32,000 nt of DNA from contig SGBD01000001.1 in the NCBI GenBank assembly GCA_004195035.1, positions 384,368 to 416,367 on the forward strand. The letters run 5' to 3'. Under the pieces are notes generated by a model, which was not told where the DNA came from, ran no database searches, and was given only the letters and a program-made list of their open reading frames with translations. Source of the stretch: Candidatus Acidulodesulfobacterium ferriphilum (lineage in GTDB: Bacteria > SZUA-79 > Acidulodesulfobacterales > Acidulodesulfobacteraceae). Every line of letters starts with the position of its first letter. The stretch's first letter is position 1. Shown piece by piece: positions 27,825 to 32,000 of this stretch. The position numbers and the translations under genes were made by a program.

Positions 27825-28919
27825 CTACGCCCGGGCTTTAACATCTTTTAATTCTGAAATAACCGCTTTGCCCATTTCTTTTGTGCCGATAAGTTTTGTT
27901 CCTGCGGAATTAGAATAAATATCAAGGGTTCTATATCCTTTTTTAATAACCCTTTCTACGGCTTTTTCTATCGCCGCAGCCAAATTATCCATATCAAAGC
28001 TATAACGGAGCATCATTGCAACGGACAAAATTGCCGCCAGCGGGTTTGCCTTGTTTTGTCCTGCGATATCGGGAGCGCTGCCGTGAATCGGCTCATACAT
28101 CCCCTTTCTGCCGTTCAAACTGGCCGACGGCAGCATGCCGATTGAACCTGCCACCATCGATGATTCGTCGCTCAATATATCCCCAAACATATTTGTGGTA
28201 ACAATAACATCGAACGATTTTGGCTGCCTTATGAGCTGCATCGAACAGTTGTCCACATACATATTGCTTAACCCGACATCGGGATAATCCTTTGAAACGG
28301 CTGCCACAACTTGCCTCCACAGTTCGGTGGACTCCAGAACATTAGCCTTATCGACCGATAAAACCCTTTTCCTTCTTTTGCGGGCAATTTCAAATGCGAT
28401 TTTTGCAATCCTTTTTATCTCATTCGTTGTATAAACTAAAGTATTGACGCCCTTTTTTTGACCGTCTTCCATATCAAAAACCCCTCTAGGCTGTCCAAAA
28501 TAAATCCCGCCGGTTAACTCCCTGACTATCATCATATCGGTTCCGCTTACAATTTCTTTTTTTAAGGGAGAAGCATCTATAAGTTCGTCATAAATTTTTG
28601 CGGGTCTGAGATTTGCATAAAGCCCGAGTTCGTATCTCAGTGTTAAAAGGGCTTTTTCTGGCCTAAGGGCAATCGGCAAAGATTCCCATTTTGGTCCGCC
28701 GACCGCTCCAAAAATAACGGCATCCGATTCTTTGGCAAGTTTAAGGGCTCTTTCGGTTATAGGATTTTTATATTCGTCATAAGACGCCCCGCCGACAAGG
28801 CCTTCTTCTATTTCATAAGCCGCTCCATTTTCGTCCAGAACAAATTTTAAAACATTTACAGCCTCCGAGGAAACCTCCGTGCCGATGCCGTCGCCTGCAA
28901 AAAGCGCCAATTTCATCAT
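27825..28919 (-). CDS. leuB: 3-isopropylmalate dehydrogenase
   Basis: '[18 protein letters not shown]', '[14 protein letters not shown]', '[29 protein letters not shown]'. Confidence 0.96.
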   Translation of the reverse strand: MMKLALFAGDGIGTEVSSEAVNVLKFVLDENGAAYEIEEGLVGGASYDEYKNPITERALKLAKESDAVIFGAVGGPKWESLPIALRPEKALLTLRYELGLYANLRPAKIYDELIDASPLKKEIVSGTDMMIVRELTGGIYFGQPRGVFDMEDGQKKGVNTLVYTTNEIKRIAKIAFEIARKRRKRVLSVDKANVLESTELWRQVVAAVSKDYPDVGLSNMYVDNCSMQLIRQPKSFDVIVTTNMFGDILSDESSMVAGSIGMLPSASLNGRKGMYEPIHGSAPDIAGQNKANPLAAILSVAMMLRYSFDMDNLAAAIEKAVERVIKKGYRTLDIYSNSAGTKLIGTKEMGKAVISELKDVKARA

Positions 28920-29420
28920 TTATTTAAGTCCTCCTTCCTTAACCCTTTTTCTCGCATATTCCATTAATCCCCCCGCATTAACAAGCTCGGACATAAACTT
29001 AGGAATGGGCTTTGCATTTATAACGCTATTTTTAGTTAAATTTTTAATCTCGCCGTTATCGGTGTTTACCTCGAGCATATCCCCATTATTTATATCATCG
29101 GTATTTGCTTCTAAAATAAACAGGCCGATATTAAAGGAATTTCTATAAAAAATCCTGGCAAAGCTCTTTGCTATAACGACCGGGACGCCACTGACTTTAA
29201 TAGCCCTTGGGGCATGTTCTCTTGAGGAGCCGCATCCAAAATTATTTCCCGCAACAATAAAATCGCCTTTCGAAATATTGGAGGAAAATGCGGGGTCAGC
29301 ATCTTCCATACAGTGTTTTTTTAAATTCTCATCGCTTGAATCATTTAAGTATCTTGCCGGAATTATAGCGTCCGTGTCTATATTATCCCCGAACTTAAAA
29401 ACTTTTCCCTTAAAGATCAT
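28920..29420 (-). CDS. leuD: 3-isopropylmalate dehydratase small subunit (short homoaconitase-like type)
   Basis: 166 aa, 'KFGDNIDTDAIIPARYLN', 'GNNFGCGSSREHAPRAIKVSGVPVVIAKSFARIFYRNSFNIGL'. Confidence 0.95.
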   Translation of the reverse strand: MIFKGKVFKFGDNIDTDAIIPARYLNDSSDENLKKHCMEDADPAFSSNISKGDFIVAGNNFGCGSSREHAPRAIKVSGVPVVIAKSFARIFYRNSFNIGLFILEANTDDINNGDMLEVNTDNGEIKNLTKNSVINAKPIPKFMSELVNAGGLMEYARKRVKEGGLK

Positions 29421-29470
29421 AACCTCTCCTTTATAAATGTTAAAACCTTTAACTAAATTACTCCATATTT

Positions 29471-29561
29471 TCTGGATTCCTGCCTTCGCAGGAATGACAT
29501 ATAGAGAAGTTTACCGTCTTATCTTAAAGGATGTCCCAACCCGCTTCGGCAGGAATCCAGA
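29471..29561. repeat. 91-bp imperfect inverted-repeat element in the leuC-leuD intergenic gap
   Basis: Terminal 14-bp inverted repeats TCTGGATTCCTGCC (29471-29484) and GGCAGGAATCCAGA (29548-29561). The left arm also folds alone: ATTCCTGC-CTTC-GCAGGAAT (29476-29495). Confidence 0.8.
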
Positions 29562-29576
29562 ATTACTTATTTAGGA

Positions 29577-30851
29577 TTAAACAACCTCTTCAGGGCTTGC
29601 TATCTTGCCGAGTATTGCCGATGCGGCGCACACCGCAGGGTTTGCAAGATAAACCTCGCTTGTTACATCTCCCATTCTTCCCTTAAAATTCCTGTTAGTG
29701 GAAGAAATTGCCCTTTCACCGTCGGCTAAAATCCCCATATATCCGCCAAGGCATGGCCCGCAGGTGGGGGTACTTACGACACCCCCCGCATCCATAAATA
29801 TATCTATTAAGCCCTCTTTTTCTGCCGTCCTGTAAACCTCAACCGTTGCGGGAATAACGATTAATCTGGTGTATTTTGCAATCTTTTTCCCCTTTAAAAT
29901 TTGAGCGGCTATTCTTAAATCCTCGATTCTTCCATTTGTGCAAGAACCGATAACGGACTGGTCTATTTTAATATTTTTAGCGGATGCTTCGCTTATATCG
30001 ACGCTGTTTTCGGGAAGATGGGGCAACGCAACCTGCGGATTTATCGTTTCGGTATTAAAATTTAAAACCTTAGCATATTTTGCCCCTTCATCGCTTTTAT
30101 AAAATGTGTAATCTCTATTTGCTCTTCCTTTTACATATTCTTCGGTAATTTCATCAGGTTCGAAAATTCCGCTTTTAGCTCCTGCTTCTATCGCCATATT
30201 AGATATAGTAAACCTGTCTGCCATACCGAGATGTTTAAATGTGTTTCCCGAAAATTCAAGCGCCATATAATTTGCCCCTTCGACGCCTATCTGCCCGATT
30301 AAATACAGCACCAGATCCTTGCCTGAAACCCATTTTTTGGGTTTTCCCGTAAAAACCACCTTTATCGACTCGGGAACTTTTAACCACAGTTCGCCAAAGG
30401 CAAAGGCGTATGCCAGATCGGTCGAACCTACGCCCGTGGCAAAAGCGCCCAACGCCCCGTAAGTGCAGGTATGGGAATCTGCCCCGATTACAAGGTCTCC
30501 GGGTAAAACAATCCCTTTTTCCGGCAAAAGAGCATGTTCGACCCCTGCTTCGCCGCATTCAAAATAGTATTTAATATCGTAGGTTTTCGCAAATTCCCTG
30601 AGCATTTTTGCCTGTTTTGCGCTCAGGATGTCCTTATTGGGGACAAAGTGGTCAGGAACCAGAGCTATCTTCTGCCTGTCAAAAACTCCGTTTATTCCAA
30701 TAGTTTCAAATTCCTTTATTGCGATAGGCGCCGTAATATCGTTGCCGAGGGCAATATCGACCCTTGCATTGACGATATCGCCGGGCTTAACTTCGCCTAA
30801 ATCCGTATGGTTTAATATTATTTTTTCGGTAATGGTAAGAGGTCTTCCCAT
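29577..30851 (-). CDS. leuC: 3-isopropylmalate dehydratase large subunit
   Basis: 424 aa, '[41 protein letters not shown]', '[16 protein letters not shown]', '[10 protein letters not shown]'. Confidence 0.96.
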   Translation of the reverse strand: MGRPLTITEKIILNHTDLGEVKPGDIVNARVDIALGNDITAPIAIKEFETIGINGVFDRQKIALVPDHFVPNKDILSAKQAKMLREFAKTYDIKYYFECGEAGVEHALLPEKGIVLPGDLVIGADSHTCTYGALGAFATGVGSTDLAYAFAFGELWLKVPESIKVVFTGKPKKWVSGKDLVLYLIGQIGVEGANYMALEFSGNTFKHLGMADRFTISNMAIEAGAKSGIFEPDEITEEYVKGRANRDYTFYKSDEGAKYAKVLNFNTETINPQVALPHLPENSVDISEASAKNIKIDQSVIGSCTNGRIEDLRIAAQILKGKKIAKYTRLIVIPATVEVYRTAEKEGLIDIFMDAGGVVSTPTCGPCLGGYMGILADGERAISSTNRNFKGRMGDVTSEVYLANPAVCAASAILGKIASPEEVV

Positions 30852-30984
30852 CCTGATGTTACCCCCGTTATAAAATTTTTATAAAGCTAATTTCAATTTT
30901 GTGGAATTATGTACGGCTAATATATAATATAAAACCTATTAAGAAATGGGTCAAATGAATAATATTGATAATAAAGATGAGGTT

Positions 30985-32000
30985 TTACTCATAAATTTCC
31001 GATTCTACCGATTTTTTTAAATTACTGTTATGTATATACAGTTTGTTTATCGCATTTACATAAGCCTTCGCGCTGGCGACCACAATATCGGTATGAGCGC
31101 TTCTTCCCGTTATATTGGTCCCGTTTTCCTCTATGGTAATAGAAACATCCCCTTGAGCTTCGGTAGTTCCTCTAATGGATTTAACCTCGTACCCTATAAC
31201 CCTGGCTTTGGAGTTAACAATTTTTTCGATAGCGTTAATAGCGGCATCGACAGGACCATTGCCGCAGGAAGAGTCATGCTTCAATTCTCCGTTTACCATA
31301 ACCTTGACCATAGAAAGGGGCGTAACCGTATCGCCGCAAACGACATTCACATATTTAAGTTCATACTTTTCGAATGAATGGGATTTTGCGATAAGCGAAT
31401 CGATATCCTCGTCGTAGATTTCTTTTTTTCTATCCGACAGCGCTTTAAATTTAACAAAGGCATCCTCTATCTCTTTATCGTTTAATAAATATCCTAAGGA
31501 TTCTAATTTTTCTTTAAAAGCATGCTTTCCCGAATGCTTGCCCAGAACTAAATCGTTCGACTGCCTGCCCACTCTTTCGGGAGTCATTATCTCGTATGTC
31601 GTCTTTTCTTTTAATACGCCGTCCTGATGAATACCCGCCTCGTGGGCAAAAGCGTTTTTCCCGACGATAGCCTTATTCGGTTGAACAGATATACCCGTTA
31701 TATGAGTTAAAAGCTGAGAAGAGCGGTATATCTCCGCAGTGTTTATATTGGTGGCGGCATTATAAATATCCTTCCTGACATCAAGCGCCATGACTATTTC
31801 TTCCAATGCGGCATTGCCCGCGCGCTCCCCTATGCCGTTTATCGTACATTCTACCTGACCCACTCCCGCCTGAATCGCGGCAAGGGAATTTGCAACGCCG
31901 AGACCGAGATCGTTATGGCAGTGAACGCTTAATATAATATTTTTTATGCCCTTAACCCTTTCCCGTATATTTTTTATAAAATCATAGAATTCGAAAGGGG
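30985..32000 (-). CDS. leuA: 2-isopropylmalate synthase, C-terminal part (continues beyond window end)
   Basis: Frame stays open past the track start: ...SVHCHNDLGLGVANSLAAIQAGVGQVECTINGIGERAGNAALEEI..., with HxH and allosteric C-terminal domain. The track 'M' at 31863 is an internal GTG. Confidence 0.94.
   Translation of the reverse strand, partial: PFEFYDFIKNIRERVKGIKNIILSVHCHNDLGLGVANSLAAIQAGVGQVECTINGIGERAGNAALEEIVMALDVRKDIYNAATNINTAEIYRSSQLLTHITGISVQPNKAIVGKNAFAHEAGIHQDGVLKEKTTYEIMTPERVGRQSNDLVLGKHSGKHAFKEKLESLGYLLNDKEIEDAFVKFKALSDRKKEIYDEDIDSLIAKSHSFEKYELKYVNVVCGDTVTPLSMVKVMVNGELKHDSSCGNGPVDAAINAIEKIVNSKARVIGYEVKSIRGTTEAQGDVSITIEENGTNITGRSAHTDIVVASAKAYVNAINKLYIHNSNLKKSVESEIYE

Noticed and set aside
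30985-31863. leuA annotated as a 292-aa ORF starting 'MGQVECT'
   Set aside because: The reading frame stays open to the window edge, and the upstream translation (..LSVHCHNDLGLGVANSLAAIQAGV) is clearly LeuA. The start is an internal GTG and the gene is simply truncated by the window.

Overview
All supported genes in this 32 kb window lie on the minus strand. Two conserved housekeeping blocks flank an AT-rich accessory block at about 18.4-25.1 kb. In transcription order (high to low coordinate), the first block is leuA (cut by the window end), leuC, leuD, leuB, asd and murJ. The second is phoH, pgpH-like HD hydrolase, ybeY, a DgkA-PAP2 fusion, mazG, lnt, prfB (with a programmed frameshift missing from the ORF track), lysS, lolC/E, lolD, bamA, ompH/skp, lpxD, fabZ, lpxA, lpxI and the start of lpxB. 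This looks like a Gram-negative, deltaproteobacterium-like genome. The accessory block holds five things: a compact type II R-M pair (SPPY methyltransferase plus MvaI/BcnI-family endonuclease, ATGA overlap), a 764-aa TPR-array membrane protein, a 79-aa Trp/Tyr-rich small protein overlapping a radical SAM/SPASM-like enzyme, and a stand-alone protein with an HsdR-N-like PD-(D/E)XK domain. The best candidate for an undescribed system is the small-protein/radical-SAM pair at 19697-20873, possibly a RiPP-type peptide modification cassette. Its product and function are inferred, not demonstrated. Other points worth checking are the DgkA-PAP2 fusion with altered catalytic positions, the prfB frameshift, an extra N-terminal domain on BamA, and an inverted-repeat element inside the leu operon.
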